Program-made: the position numbers and the translations under genes
In this document: one piece after another, positions 9,929-19,650 of the stretch
How positions within the stretch are numbered: position 1 is the stretch's first letter
Layout: each line of letters begins with the position of its first letter
NCBI GenBank assembly: GCA_963765495.1
Contig: CAVXWP010000001.1
Span: forward strand, 352,001-416,000
Length of the DNA: 64,000 nucleotides
DNA from: Blastocatellia bacterium
GTDB taxonomy: Bacteria > Acidobacteriota > Blastocatellia > UBA7656
Direction: 5' to 3'
Notes under the pieces: model-generated
The model's database searches: none
Seen by the model: only the letters and a program-made list of their open reading frames with translations
What the model was told of the DNA's origin: nothing

Positions 9929-11095
9929 ATGTTTTCTCGACGTTGGTTTATTGGCGTCGCATCTTTATCTCTCACAGTCTCCCTCGTTACGCTCGCCGTG
10001 ATTGAGGGCAGAAAAATATATTCGGTAAAGAATGCGCCCGAAGTTTTGATTCAGGTAGCCGAGGCCGATTCTCTGCAATCTCAATCGCAGAAGACTCCCC
10101 AAAAGCCCGCCACAGAGGATGCAGACGAGATCACTTTTGCAGCGGTCGGAGATGTGATGCTCGGGTCCACGTGGCCGGATGATTCGGGGCTGCCTCCCGA
10201 AGACGGGGCTTATCTGCTCAAGGAAGTCGAGCCGATTTTGCAGGCCGCAGATGTAACGTTCGGCAATCTCGAAGGGCCCATGCTTGAGGGCGGAGTTTCT
10301 GAAAAATGCCCGCCCGATAAATTGAATTGCTATGCTTTCCGCGTGCCGACCCGGTACGGCCGATACCTGAAAGAGGCCGGGTTCGATGTAATGAGCCTGG
10401 CAAACAATCACGCGCTCGATTTCGGCGGCCAGGGTCGCGCAAGCTCAAAGCGCACGCTTGATTCCTTAGGTATAGAGCATTCCGGCGATATAGGCGATAT
10501 CGCCCACCTCACGGTAAAAGGGAAGAAGATCGCGCTCATCGCCTTTGCCACTTATCCGCATTCATACAACCTGAACAATCTGGATGAGGCCCGCCGTGTT
10601 GTTGCGAGTCTTGCGGCATCGAATGATCTGGTCGTCGTCTCGTTTCACGGCGGCGCGGAGGGAGCTACGCGCCAGCGTGTGCCGCAAGGAGCGGAAATAT
10701 TTTTCAGCGAGAATCGCGGCGACCTTCGCTCGTTTTCTCACGCGATGATAGACGCGGGCGCGGCGCTTGTGATCGGGCACGGGCCTCACGTGGTGCGCGG
10801 GATGGAGGTCTATAAGAAACATTTGATCGCTTATTCGCTCGGAAATTTTGCCACCTATGGACGGTTCAACCTTTCGGGGCCGCTAGGGTTGTCGCTTATC
10901 CTGACGGCGCGGCTTGGGAAGGATGGTTCGTTTCTGGGCGGGAGTGTTGAGCCCGTCAAGCAAGTCAAACCCGGCGGCCCGCGTCTCGATCCTCGCGGAG
11001 AGATCATCCCCGTTTTAAGGCAACTTTCAAGCGGGGACTTTGGCGCAAATGCCGTCCGCGTGGGCGAGGATGGAAGACTTTCGCCTCCCTTATAA
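9929..11095 (+). CDS. CapA/PgsA-family metallophosphoesterase-like protein
   Basis: AVGDVM, FGNLEG, LANNHALDFG, SFHGG, IGHGPHV, YSLGNF motifs; N-terminal membrane anchor. Confidence 0.9.
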   Translation: MFSRRWFIGVASLSLTVSLVTLAVIEGRKIYSVKNAPEVLIQVAEADSLQSQSQKTPQKPATEDADEITFAAVGDVMLGSTWPDDSGLPPEDGAYLLKEVEPILQAADVTFGNLEGPMLEGGVSEKCPPDKLNCYAFRVPTRYGRYLKEAGFDVMSLANNHALDFGGQGRASSKRTLDSLGIEHSGDIGDIAHLTVKGKKIALIAFATYPHSYNLNNLDEARRVVASLAASNDLVVVSFHGGAEGATRQRVPQGAEIFFSENRGDLRSFSHAMIDAGAALVIGHGPHVVRGMEVYKKHLIAYSLGNFATYGRFNLSGPLGLSLILTARLGKDGSFLGGSVEPVKQVKPGGPRLDPRGEIIPVLRQLSSGDFGANAVRVGEDGRLSPPL

Positions 11096-11199
11096 GCCTG
11101 CCGCGCGCGATTCGTCTTTCATAATTTCCCGCCTACTTTTCGAAAAACCGATGCAAGCGGTTTGAAACTTCTCGACCCGCAATCTATTCTGTTCAGGTT

Positions 11200-11787
11200 A
11201 TGCCTACGCGAACAGATGCCTGGAACCTGCTGTGCGAATATACAAAAGGCGATTCGCTCAGAAAGCATGCCCTGGCGGTGGAAGCCGTCATGAAGGCTTA
11301 TGCCGGAAAGCTGGGCGAAGACGAGGAGAAGTGGGGGATGGTGGGATTGCTCCACGACTTCGATTACGAGATGTATCCCAACCCGCCCGACCATCCTCTG
11401 AAAGGCTCGGAAATCCTCGGGGAGCGCGGCTACAGCGAAGAACTGCGCCGCGCAATTCTCGGCCACGCCAACTACACGGGCGTAGCGCGCGACACGCTGC
11501 TTGCGAAGGCGCTTTATGCCTGCGATGAATTGACTGGTTTCGTCGTGGCGTGCGCGCTTGTACGGCCAAACGGCATCTGGGACCTTGAGGCAAAATCGGT
11601 CAAAAAGAAGCTGAAGGATAAGGCGTTTGCCCGCACCGTGAATCGAGATGAAGTCTATGAAGGTGCCGAGGAATTTTCGATAGACCTCGGCGTGCATATA
11701 GACTTTATCATCGCTGCCCTGCGCGATGTGGCCGCACGCGTTGGTCTGAAGCCGCGCGCTGACAATCAGGGCGACCAGCAATCTTAG
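11200..11787 (+). CDS. HD/HDIG-domain phosphohydrolase
   Basis: LRKHALAVE, GLLHDFDYE, ACDELTG, LKDKAFA. Confidence 0.88.
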   Translation: MPTRTDAWNLLCEYTKGDSLRKHALAVEAVMKAYAGKLGEDEEKWGMVGLLHDFDYEMYPNPPDHPLKGSEILGERGYSEELRRAILGHANYTGVARDTLLAKALYACDELTGFVVACALVRPNGIWDLEAKSVKKKLKDKAFARTVNRDEVYEGAEEFSIDLGVHIDFIIAALRDVAARVGLKPRADNQGDQQS

Positions 11788-11799
11788 CTCACTTACAGG

Positions 11800-11878
11800 G
11801 GATTTGAGATCTGAAATTTGAGATTTGAGAAATCTGAAATCCCGGATTTCAAATCTCAAATCTCAGTTCTCAAATCTC
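11800..11878. repeat. Heptamer (TTTGAGA/TCTCAAA) inverted-array element, family C
   Basis: gatttgagatctgaaatttgagatttgag ... ttcaaatctcaaatctcagttctcaaatctc. Confidence 0.75.
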
Positions 11879-11904
11879 TAGCCAGCAGGCGACGATCCGG
11901 CTCA

Positions 11905-13761
11905 ATGAAATCAAGTCCTATCACCAGAAGTCGCTCGATCATCACAATACTCGTCCTCGCGAGCATCGCAGGCCCTTTCCCCGCCCGGAGCCTCGCCTTT
12001 CAAACTCTAACTTCTCAAACTCTATTTACTTCTCAAACCCTGACCCGTCCTTACGAACCGACGAGCGATGTCTCGGCTCGACTGGCACGCGAAACCTCGT
12101 CGCGTGCCGAAGAGTTGCGGCGCAGATGGGACCTCGATGGCGCGCAGGCGGCTTTTCGCAAAGCCGTCTCTGCCGACCCTTCCAGTCTTGATGCACTGCT
12201 TGGACTCGCAAAAATAGCGCGGGTCAGATTCCACTACGCCGAAGCTCTCCGCCTGCTCGGACGGGCGGCCAGGACTCATTCCGATTCTGCTGATTTGTCG
12301 GCCGAGTATGGAGCGCTTTACCTTGCCGCGGAAGATGTAGAGCGAGCGCGCCGGTATATGGATCAGGCGTTGAAGATAGATGAATCCTGTCAGGCAGCGA
12401 TCATAGGGCGCGCGGCGGTTGATCTTCTCGAACGCGATTACGCGAGCGCGGAAACGCGGCTGCGCAATTACATCGCCCACAACCCTGAATCGAGCGGCGC
12501 AAACTCTTTGCTTGCGCGCGTGCTGCTTGAAAATGACAAGAACGCGGAAGCGGCGGCTAAGGCTGAGCGCGGGGTTGCGCTCGACCCGTTCAATACGGAT
12601 GCCCTGTATCTGCTCGCCTTTGCAAAGGCGACCGATCACAAGACGGATGAAGTGCGCGAGCTTGCCCGCCGCGCGATCAGTCTCGATCCGCTAAACATCG
12701 GAGCGCGGCGGCTGCTCTCGCAGTATGTGGACGGGCGAGCGGGCTATAATCAGAAAGTCTCGATAGAAGCGAGCAGACGCTATGAACAGGGTAAGGCGCT
12801 CAAACGGGCAGGGAGGCTTGAAGAGGCCGTTTCGCAGTTTGAATTGGCGCTAAGTCTTGAGCCTCGCTACTATCGTGCATTGCTCGCGCTCGGAGACATC
12901 TGGTTGAGAGAGGGCGATTACGAGCGAGCGGCGATGGCTGCGCGGCTGGCAATCGAATCCGACGGGGATGGGGCGCTCGCGCACTCGGAATTGAGTTACG
13001 CCTGTTTAGGAATGCAGGAAAGAGCGCGCATCGAAATAGGCGCTTCGGATTTCGCGGCGCTCTATTACGAAGAGCCCGCCGCGCCCAGATACGAACTGAC
13101 CGATGAGATATTTCCAAACTACAAGACGCTCTCTCGCCGCCAGCAGAGAGTCATTGATCGAGCGGTGGCTCCCCTTGCCGAGTTCCTGCCAAAGCTCGCC
13201 GAAAAGGGGGCGCGTCATTACCTGCTGCCTTTTGATGAGCGCGTGAGCGAGATCAAGGGGTTTGACGATATAGTCGATGACAAGACATTCGACGGGCGCT
13301 TTTATGCAAGCATTCGCGGAGTGGGCGGACGCATAACGGTCTCCGGTATAGAGTATATCGAGATGGCTTCACACGGTGGGTTCAACACAATCGCGCACGA
13401 ATTCGCGCATCAGGTCCACATGACAGCCATGACCGAAGAGGATGTCAAGGAGGTGCGAAAGCTCTATAAGAAAGCTACAAAATCGGGTCTTGCGCTCGAT
13501 TATTACGCCGCTTCAAACGAGTATGAATATTTCGCTCAAGGCTATGAAGCCTTCATCTCAGAGCGCAAGCGACCATCGGCGGGCATAACCGCGCGGCACA
13601 CCCGCCGAGAGTTGATGATGCGCGACCCGGACCTCTATCTCTTTCTGGAAAAGCTGACAACCAGGTCGCGTGCTGCCCCGTCAGGTACAGGTAAGTTCGG
13701 TTACGCGCCCTTCGTAAGGATCGAGCCGGTGGTGAATCGGGTGCCGGGCGAGCAGGGCTGA
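11905..13761 (+). CDS. Secreted TPR protein with C-terminal zincin (lethal factor/PPEP/MtfA-like) metallopeptidase domain
   Basis: Signal peptide from ATG 11905; many TPR repeats; RGVGG...AHEFAH...YAASNEYEYFAQ. The upstream ORF extension is the family C repeat. Confidence 0.8.
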   Translation: MKSSPITRSRSIITILVLASIAGPFPARSLAFQTLTSQTLFTSQTLTRPYEPTSDVSARLARETSSRAEELRRRWDLDGAQAAFRKAVSADPSSLDALLGLAKIARVRFHYAEALRLLGRAARTHSDSADLSAEYGALYLAAEDVERARRYMDQALKIDESCQAAIIGRAAVDLLERDYASAETRLRNYIAHNPESSGANSLLARVLLENDKNAEAAAKAERGVALDPFNTDALYLLAFAKATDHKTDEVRELARRAISLDPLNIGARRLLSQYVDGRAGYNQKVSIEASRRYEQGKALKRAGRLEEAVSQFELALSLEPRYYRALLALGDIWLREGDYERAAMAARLAIESDGDGALAHSELSYACLGMQERARIEIGASDFAALYYEEPAAPRYELTDEIFPNYKTLSRRQQRVIDRAVAPLAEFLPKLAEKGARHYLLPFDERVSEIKGFDDIVDDKTFDGRFYASIRGVGGRITVSGIEYIEMASHGGFNTIAHEFAHQVHMTAMTEEDVKEVRKLYKKATKSGLALDYYAASNEYEYFAQGYEAFISERKRPSAGITARHTRRELMMRDPDLYLFLEKLTTRSRAAPSGTGKFGYAPFVRIEPVVNRVPGEQG

Positions 13762-14016
13762 ACTGTGGGTTCTATCAAGTTCATAAGAGCATTTGAGTTC
13801 TTGAATTTTGAGTCTTTGCTTGACAAGAAATATGGGCGCGTGCGACTATCAGTCTGGAGCTTTTCCTTTGATTGAAGGTCAGCAACTCCAATAGCGCCGT
13901 GTGCATCCTAGAGTTGCAGCAATTTCAAAAAACAGAGGGCGGAGATGCTTGCAGAGCAGTGAAATAGCTATATTTAGCAAGTCATTAGTAAACTAGTTTA
14001 GGAGGGGTATTTTTAA

Positions 14017-15042
14017 ATGAAAAGGTTGTTGATAATGATGGCAGCGTTTGGGCTGATGTTGGCGCTCGTAGCACCCTTTGCCCTGGCGCAAACAGGGGAA
14101 CCCGCTGGGTCACAGCAAGCCGATCAGGATCAGGATAAGCAAAAAGAAGAATATGCAGTTTACAAGAATTGGTATGATGCTAACGCGGCTAAAGATTTTC
14201 CAAAGGCGATGGGATTTGCCAAAGAGTATCTTGAGAAATTCCCCCAGGGCCAGTACGCCGACTACTTGAAAAAGTGGATCCCGCAGGCCCGAATCTTCCT
14301 CTTCAATGAAGCGATAAAATCAAAGAATACCGAAGCGATGCTCAGCATCGCCAAAGAGGCGATAGGGCAGGATTCAAACGATCTGTTTTATCTCTACTGG
14401 ACCGCGGCCAACCTGCGCCAGAACGAGTTGTCGGCATCGTCTCCAAACTATCAACACGCCGATTTGATAGCCGATTATGCTCAACGGGCCATCCCGCTTA
14501 TCGAAGCCGACAATATTCCGACCGGAGTTGATAAGGCCAAGTGGAATAAGAAGGAAGTTCTTGGATATCTCTATGAGACTCAGGCCCTGATCGCAGAGCA
14601 CAACAAGGATACCGACAAAGCGATTGAGTACTACGGCAAGGCCCAGATGTCTGAACCATCCAAGCCCTCCTATTCGTTCAACTGCGGACGTCTGCATCAG
14701 GAGAAATATCTCGCGGCGGTGCAGAAATATCAGGGAATGCCGGAAGAGGATCGAAATGCTCCCGAAGCGGAGATGAAACCCGAAGTCAAGGCTGCGCTCG
14801 AAAACGTAAATAAGCAGGCCGACGGGGTCATCAATTGCTGGGCGCGATTCCTGGCTCAGACGGCTGAAAAAAATCCCTACGGACCTGAGACGCGCTCAAA
14901 GGTAGAGAAGGCGCTCACAGACCTTTACGAATACCGTCATCCGGGACAGCCCGAAGGATTGCAGAAATTGATCGAGCAATATCGCACCGGCAATGCGTCG
15001 GCTACGACCTCAGAATCGAGCACTGCATCCACAAACCTCTAA
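14017..15042 (+). CDS. Secreted helical/TPR-like hypothetical protein
   Basis: AGGAGG RBS, signal peptide (ALA-Q), TPR-like helices. Confidence 0.75.
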   Translation: MKRLLIMMAAFGLMLALVAPFALAQTGEPAGSQQADQDQDKQKEEYAVYKNWYDANAAKDFPKAMGFAKEYLEKFPQGQYADYLKKWIPQARIFLFNEAIKSKNTEAMLSIAKEAIGQDSNDLFYLYWTAANLRQNELSASSPNYQHADLIADYAQRAIPLIEADNIPTGVDKAKWNKKEVLGYLYETQALIAEHNKDTDKAIEYYGKAQMSEPSKPSYSFNCGRLHQEKYLAAVQKYQGMPEEDRNAPEAEMKPEVKAALENVNKQADGVINCWARFLAQTAEKNPYGPETRSKVEKALTDLYEYRHPGQPEGLQKLIEQYRTGNASATTSESSTASTNL

Positions 15043-15079
15043 CCGCATGCCTGCGGTCGAAGAAGTTCGATTGTGGCTG

Positions 15080-15114
15080 AAAGAGCCGGCCCTCGCTCAG
15101 GGGGTCGGCTCTTT
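15080..15114 (+). terminator. Probable intrinsic terminator hairpin
   Basis: aaagagccggccct ... gggggtcggctcttt. Confidence 0.6.
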
Positions 15115-15196
15115 GCCTGTGCGAAGGACCTCAAAAGCCAGCACTTGCCGGCCTCTGTGTGGTATATTGTAAGGGAAACAGACGCACGGGGGGCTT

Positions 15197-16129
15197 ATGA
15201 TTTCACTTGAACGTGAAAAACTGCTTTCAAAGCTTGAACAGATAATAGGCTACTCGTTTCGCTCGCGCGCGTTGCTGGACCGTGCGCTTACGCATCGCTC
15301 CTTTGCCAACGAGCGCGTAGAGCAGAATTGTCGTCACAATGAAGCTCTGGAGTTTCTCGGCGATTCGGTGCTTGGTCTGGTCGTGAGCGCGTGGCTGTTG
15401 CAACGTTTCCCAGATCTGTCGGAAGGAAAACTGTCAAAGATTAAGGCGTATCTGGTGAGCGAACCAAGTCTGGTAGAGCTTGCCGAAGACATAGACCTGG
15501 GCCGTTACATACTGCTCAACCGGGGCGAGGAAAAGACCGGCGGGCGACAAAAAAGAGCGCTTCTGGCCGACTCATATGAAGCCCTGATCAGCGCAATTTA
15601 TATTGACGGCGGGATGGATGTGGTCGAGCGATTTCTTCGTCGTGAGTTGCGTCAGAAGATGGTTTCAATAGACCCGGATGCAATGATCGGACTCGATTAC
15701 AAATCGGCTTTGCAGGAGCGAATACAGGCCGCGGGCGCGTCCGTGCCCCGTTATGAAATAGTTGAGACACTCGGGCCTGATCACCGACGCATATTTCGCG
15801 TCGAGCTTCGTGTTGCCGGATGCCCGCTTGCCACGGGCGAAGGACGCAGCATAAAGCTCGCTCAACAGGAGGCCGCCCGCAGAGCGCTCTGCGCAACCGA
15901 TGTGCTCGACAACTTTATAGCGGAGCGGTTCCAACAGCGGTCCACCGAAACCGATTATGAAGAGAAGCCGGAATCCTTAGAAGAACAAGAAGCAACCGCC
16001 GAAGAGATTGCCGAACAAGACGTGCCAGGAGCAGCCTCTCCGGCAGAAGCTGACCTCGCGGGAGCAGAGATGTCGCTTGAAGGCGAAAGCGAAGCCGAAG
16101 CCTTTGGCGCTGTCGCCAATGATCTTTGA
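15197..16129 (+). CDS. rnc: Ribonuclease III with acidic C-terminal extension
   Basis: ALTHRS, NEALEFLGDSVL signature, dsRBD (DYKSALQE...GPDH...AQQEAA). Confidence 0.96.
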   Translation: MISLEREKLLSKLEQIIGYSFRSRALLDRALTHRSFANERVEQNCRHNEALEFLGDSVLGLVVSAWLLQRFPDLSEGKLSKIKAYLVSEPSLVELAEDIDLGRYILLNRGEEKTGGRQKRALLADSYEALISAIYIDGGMDVVERFLRRELRQKMVSIDPDAMIGLDYKSALQERIQAAGASVPRYEIVETLGPDHRRIFRVELRVAGCPLATGEGRSIKLAQQEAARRALCATDVLDNFIAERFQQRSTETDYEEKPESLEEQEATAEEIAEQDVPGAASPAEADLAGAEMSLEGESEAEAFGAVANDL

Positions 16130-16164
16130 GTGCTTCGGCGCAAAGGATTTGAGATAATCAAACT

Positions 16165-17163
16165 ATGAGTGACGATTTCGAGACGAGAACACAGGAAGGG
16201 GCGGTACAAACAGAGTCCGCCGAAACACGGGTACAGACAGAGAGTCCTGAAATAGCGCCCGCCGCAGTTGACAGACCCGAACGCGACAAGGAAGAGAGAC
16301 GCAGAGGGGGCGAGCCGGAAGTATTCAAAAAGAGTGTTCCGCGCGAGTATTTCGAATCCGCCGTCGTGACTCTCATCATGGCGCTGTTCGGCATGACTTT
16401 TATAGTTCAGGCGGTAAAGGTTCCTACCGGATCTATGAAAAACACGATCTGGATTCAGGATCACCTGCTTGTGAACAAATTCATTTTCGGCCCGCACCCG
16501 GACCTTAACCTTCCCATTCTGCCCTCGCGAAATATCAGGCGCGGCGATGTCATAGTCTTTAAGTACCCGCAGACGCCGGAGGTAAATTATGTCAAGCGCG
16601 TAATCGGCCTGCCGGGCGAAACGGTCGAGTATAATTCCAGAACCAACCGAATTTATATCAACGGGCAGGAATTGCCCGAACATCGCGTTACGGTCAAGCA
16701 GCAGGAGCCTACCGATCCCAAACCGCTTGAAAACACTGAGGAAGAAGAGAATCCGCCGGGAGCCGAATGGACGGTCTATTATTATGCGGGCGCTCACGAA
16801 AGCGTGGCGGCAAGCTTCAGCGATGAGGAAACCAAGTATGCCGTCAAGCAGCCTTTCAGAATCCCGGTTAAAGACGATCCTATCCCGGATGAGATCATGA
16901 GCGATCCTCAACTTGCCGATATATATGACACAAATCACGACGGACGCTATGATAGCGATCAGTATTTCGTCATGGGTGATAACCGTGATAACAGCCTCGA
17001 CAGCCGATATTGGGGTACGGTTCCTCGCGGACATATTGTCGGACGCGCGATGTTTGTCTACTGGTCAATTGACCGCAGCGAGGGCGAGGGCGGAGGTTCG
17101 AACCCGATATTTGACTTCTTCACAAAATCGCGCTGGTCGCGCACAGGTAAATTCATCAAATGA
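16165..17163 (+). CDS. lepB: Signal peptidase I
   Basis: VPTGSM (Ser), YVKRVIGLPG (Lys), MGDNRDNSLDSRYWG. Confidence 0.96.
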   Translation: MSDDFETRTQEGAVQTESAETRVQTESPEIAPAAVDRPERDKEERRRGGEPEVFKKSVPREYFESAVVTLIMALFGMTFIVQAVKVPTGSMKNTIWIQDHLLVNKFIFGPHPDLNLPILPSRNIRRGDVIVFKYPQTPEVNYVKRVIGLPGETVEYNSRTNRIYINGQELPEHRVTVKQQEPTDPKPLENTEEEENPPGAEWTVYYYAGAHESVAASFSDEETKYAVKQPFRIPVKDDPIPDEIMSDPQLADIYDTNHDGRYDSDQYFVMGDNRDNSLDSRYWGTVPRGHIVGRAMFVYWSIDRSEGEGGGSNPIFDFFTKSRWSRTGKFIK

Positions 17164-17227
17164 TGCGTGATGTGTGACCGGAAACGGCATTCATTGCGGG
17201 TCACGCATCACGCATTACGCGTCACGC
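17161..17227. repeat. Family A heptamer inverted-array element (short core)
   Basis: tgatgcgtgatgtgtga ... tcacgcatcacgcattacgcgtcacgc; begins at the lepB stop codon. Confidence 0.7.
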
Positions 17228-17245
17228 TTTCTCATCAATAAAGAG

Positions 17246-17611
17246 TTGACACAAGAACGCCTCAAGGAACTGCGCTCGCAGATCAGCGAGATAGGGCAGG
17301 AAATAGACAGCTACAGGACGGTCACTGCCGCAAGCATGGGAGGCGGGGTCTTTCTGCTCTTGCTCGGGCTCGGCGCGGTTTATGATTTATTGACCGGTAA
17401 TACCAGCCTCTGGTCAAAACTGGGTGTGGCGCGAAGTGAATTGTACTGGCTGGCTGGCGCGCTTCTGGCTTTGAGTCTTGTGCTGTTGGCTACGGCTTTT
17501 TTACGCCATAGGCGGCGCGATCTTGAGCGCGAAGCTCATTTGATAGAGCTTGAAGACGAGATGGCTGATTTGCTCGATCAGCAGGACCGGCAATTTCAAA
17601 TCGAGGAATGA
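17246..17611 (+). CDS. Small two-TM membrane protein with coiled coils
   Basis: Two hydrophobic helices. TTG at 17246 preferred because the longer ORF start runs through the family A repeat (SRITHYASR). Confidence 0.65.
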   Translation: MTQERLKELRSQISEIGQEIDSYRTVTAASMGGGVFLLLLGLGAVYDLLTGNTSLWSKLGVARSELYWLAGALLALSLVLLATAFLRHRRRDLEREAHLIELEDEMADLLDQQDRQFQIEE

Positions 17612-17630
17612 GCGGCCCTGTATTCAAAAG

Positions 17631-17661
17631 AAAAGGACGCGCAACCGATTGCGCGTCCTTC
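17631..17661. terminator. Hairpin between convergent genes, probable terminator
   Basis: aaaaggacgcgcaa-ccga-ttgcgcgtcctt. Confidence 0.7.
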
Positions 17662-17721
17662 ATCCTGGAGCTTTTCCAGGATAACTCACCAAGCATCCAC
17701 CCTACAGATCCAGCGCCCATA

Positions 17722-18153
17722 TTAATGAGCTCGCGTTAACACACCGTTGTCTTTTGCGACAACGCTTATAACTTCCCATCCATCCTGGCCCGGAATAGTC
17801 CAGCCGCGCAAGATAGGTGTGCTTTGTGCGCTCGTTTCATCTATGTTAAACATGAACTTTGTTTTTTCAGGATACTCGCCTGTTTGATACTCTACGCGCG
17901 TGGTTCGAATCATCGCCACCGGCTCGTGCGTCATATCTTCTTCATAAAGCGCGAACAAATTCGGATCATTTGCTTCTATCTGGTAAAGAACATACTTGCC
18001 CATCGGAAGAATGTAATTGCCTACCTGTAATTCGTAAGGCACATTGATCGTATAGTTCAGCCGCTTATTTACGGGTCCCTGTCCAAAACTAAACGTAGCC
18101 AGAGCTGTCACCATCAAGATTGTCGCCAGCATGCTTTTTTTTATTGTTCTCAT
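17722..18153 (-). CDS. Secreted beta-rich hypothetical protein
   Basis: Signal peptide MRTIKKSML...SFG; INVPYELQVGNYILPMGKY pattern. Confidence 0.7.
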   Translation of the reverse strand: MRTIKKSMLATILMVTALATFSFGQGPVNKRLNYTINVPYELQVGNYILPMGKYVLYQIEANDPNLFALYEEDMTHEPVAMIRTTRVEYQTGEYPEKTKFMFNIDETSAQSTPILRGWTIPGQDGWEVISVVAKDNGVLTRAH

Positions 18154-18333
18154 TTCCCTTTGCCTCCTTGCTCGTTCCATAAGTACGCTTTTATAGATTG
18201 CAAGGAGCGTGCCAGCCGTTCAGCGCGTAATGAATCGCTCAGTAGGCCAGGGGAAGCTCGAACCTGTCGGGTTTGAGGTCAGGCGCGTATTGTTTTAGTC
18301 GGAGCAAAGGGCAAAGAATTCTTTGCTTTTGCT

Positions 18334-19398
18334 CTATTCGGGAAGGCCGGAATAGTAGATGTCCATATCCTGATCGGCGGCGAGAAAACTCCAGGCCGTG
18401 GGCGAAAGCAGCGTTTCTATCTGTGGGTCCTGTTGTGATGCGGCTACCTGAAAACCGCGTTCCGATCTGGCGATAAAGCCCAGCCGGCGCAGCCTTGAAG
18501 CGATCACCGGGTCCGGCGTCACGCTTATTTCAAGATCGGCGCCGCCTTCTCTTGCAACGTGGTCCAGAAGTAACTGAAGAGTCGCGTCTACTAGCCTCGA
18601 ATCGGCCACGGTGAAAAAATCTACCACTGCCGCGTGCTCGCCCGACAGTTCAAGCGCGACGAAACCTTGAAGCTCGCCGTTTCGGCGGACCGCGAATGGA
18701 ATCTGGCGGCCCGACGGAGCATCCAGATAGCGCCACGTCAAATAACGGCTGTCGCGAACGCAGGCTATAGGGCGGCCCTCTGCCGCGCGCTTGAAGGTCA
18801 GATCGAATTCATCTCCGAATTCAGTGACCCGTTCGAGCGTTATGCCTCGCGCATCGGCTCTGGTCAGCCTGTCGAGCATCATTATTGGGAGGCCCGCGAT
18901 ACGGGCTTCGAGTTTTGAGGGGATTCGAGCGAAGGCCGCGCGATAAACTGCGCGCCCTGTCAGAGGCCGAACCCATCGTTTGAAACTGGTTACTATGTTG
19001 GAACCGGCTTTGACAAGCGCAGAGAGGTTGTTCGGGTTTGGCGGCCCGTACATAAAATCAACGCCGCAGTGTCGCATCCCGGCAAGGCTTTCTATGTGCA
19101 GCCGCGTGGCAAGCCCGCGCCGCCTCACACGCGGTTCGATGTAGCAATCGCCTCCTATCGAGCCTGTTCGCTCGCGCCCGTTTACGATCACTTTCCGAGG
19201 AAAGATAGAGGTGCAGCCCACGGTCTCTCCCGTAGAGCCTTTGATGGCAAGCCAGGTCAGGGCTCGCCCGTGCGGGTTTGACAGGTAAATCCACTCGTAG
19301 CGCGCGGTTATATCCTCGTGCCACATCTTCGATACGAGCGCGATGATACGCTCCCGGTCGTCGTCTTTGGCCTGCCTTATCTCGATTTCGTTTGACAC
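18334..19398 (-). CDS. GNAT-family N-acetyltransferase (double GNAT fold)
   Basis: WIYLSNPHG, IEPRVRRRGLA acetyl-CoA motif, YLTWRY. Confidence 0.85.
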   Translation of the reverse strand: MSNEIEIRQAKDDDRERIIALVSKMWHEDITARYEWIYLSNPHGRALTWLAIKGSTGETVGCTSIFPRKVIVNGRERTGSIGGDCYIEPRVRRRGLATRLHIESLAGMRHCGVDFMYGPPNPNNLSALVKAGSNIVTSFKRWVRPLTGRAVYRAAFARIPSKLEARIAGLPIMMLDRLTRADARGITLERVTEFGDEFDLTFKRAAEGRPIACVRDSRYLTWRYLDAPSGRQIPFAVRRNGELQGFVALELSGEHAAVVDFFTVADSRLVDATLQLLLDHVAREGGADLEISVTPDPVIASRLRRLGFIARSERGFQVAASQQDPQIETLLSPTAWSFLAADQDMDIYYSGLPE

Positions 19399-19557
19399 TA
19401 TTTTCTCAAGCTTCTCAACACTAATCAGATCCTCGCTGGTATGATATTACGAATCGCGCTCAATTCCGGCAATTCTTTTCGGGAGAAGCGCGGCGAGGCG
19501 ATCAAAACGAGCGGGCTTGCGCGCCCGGGATATGAATGGCTGGTATGAGGGGTCATA

Positions 19558-19619
19558 CGCAAAGGACGGATAGAGGAAGATACCTGTTTGTCATTTATTC
19601 CTCTGCCCGTCCTTTGCGT
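19558..19619 (-). terminator. Long hairpin downstream of the 19651-20436 gene
   Basis: cgcaaaggacggatagaggaa ... ttcctctgcccgtcctttgcg. Confidence 0.55.
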
Positions 19620-19650
19620 GTTTTCTTACACTGAGAGCGCAGATTGTCTC

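Noticed and set aside
11999-12045. acttctcaaac repeats encoding QTLTSQTLFTSQTLT
   Set aside because: Short in-frame duplication in a linker after the signal peptide; not clearly part of family C.
13800-14016. Long leader with a gcaactc/gagttgc hairpin, possible riboswitch
   Set aside because: No recognisable aptamer consensus.
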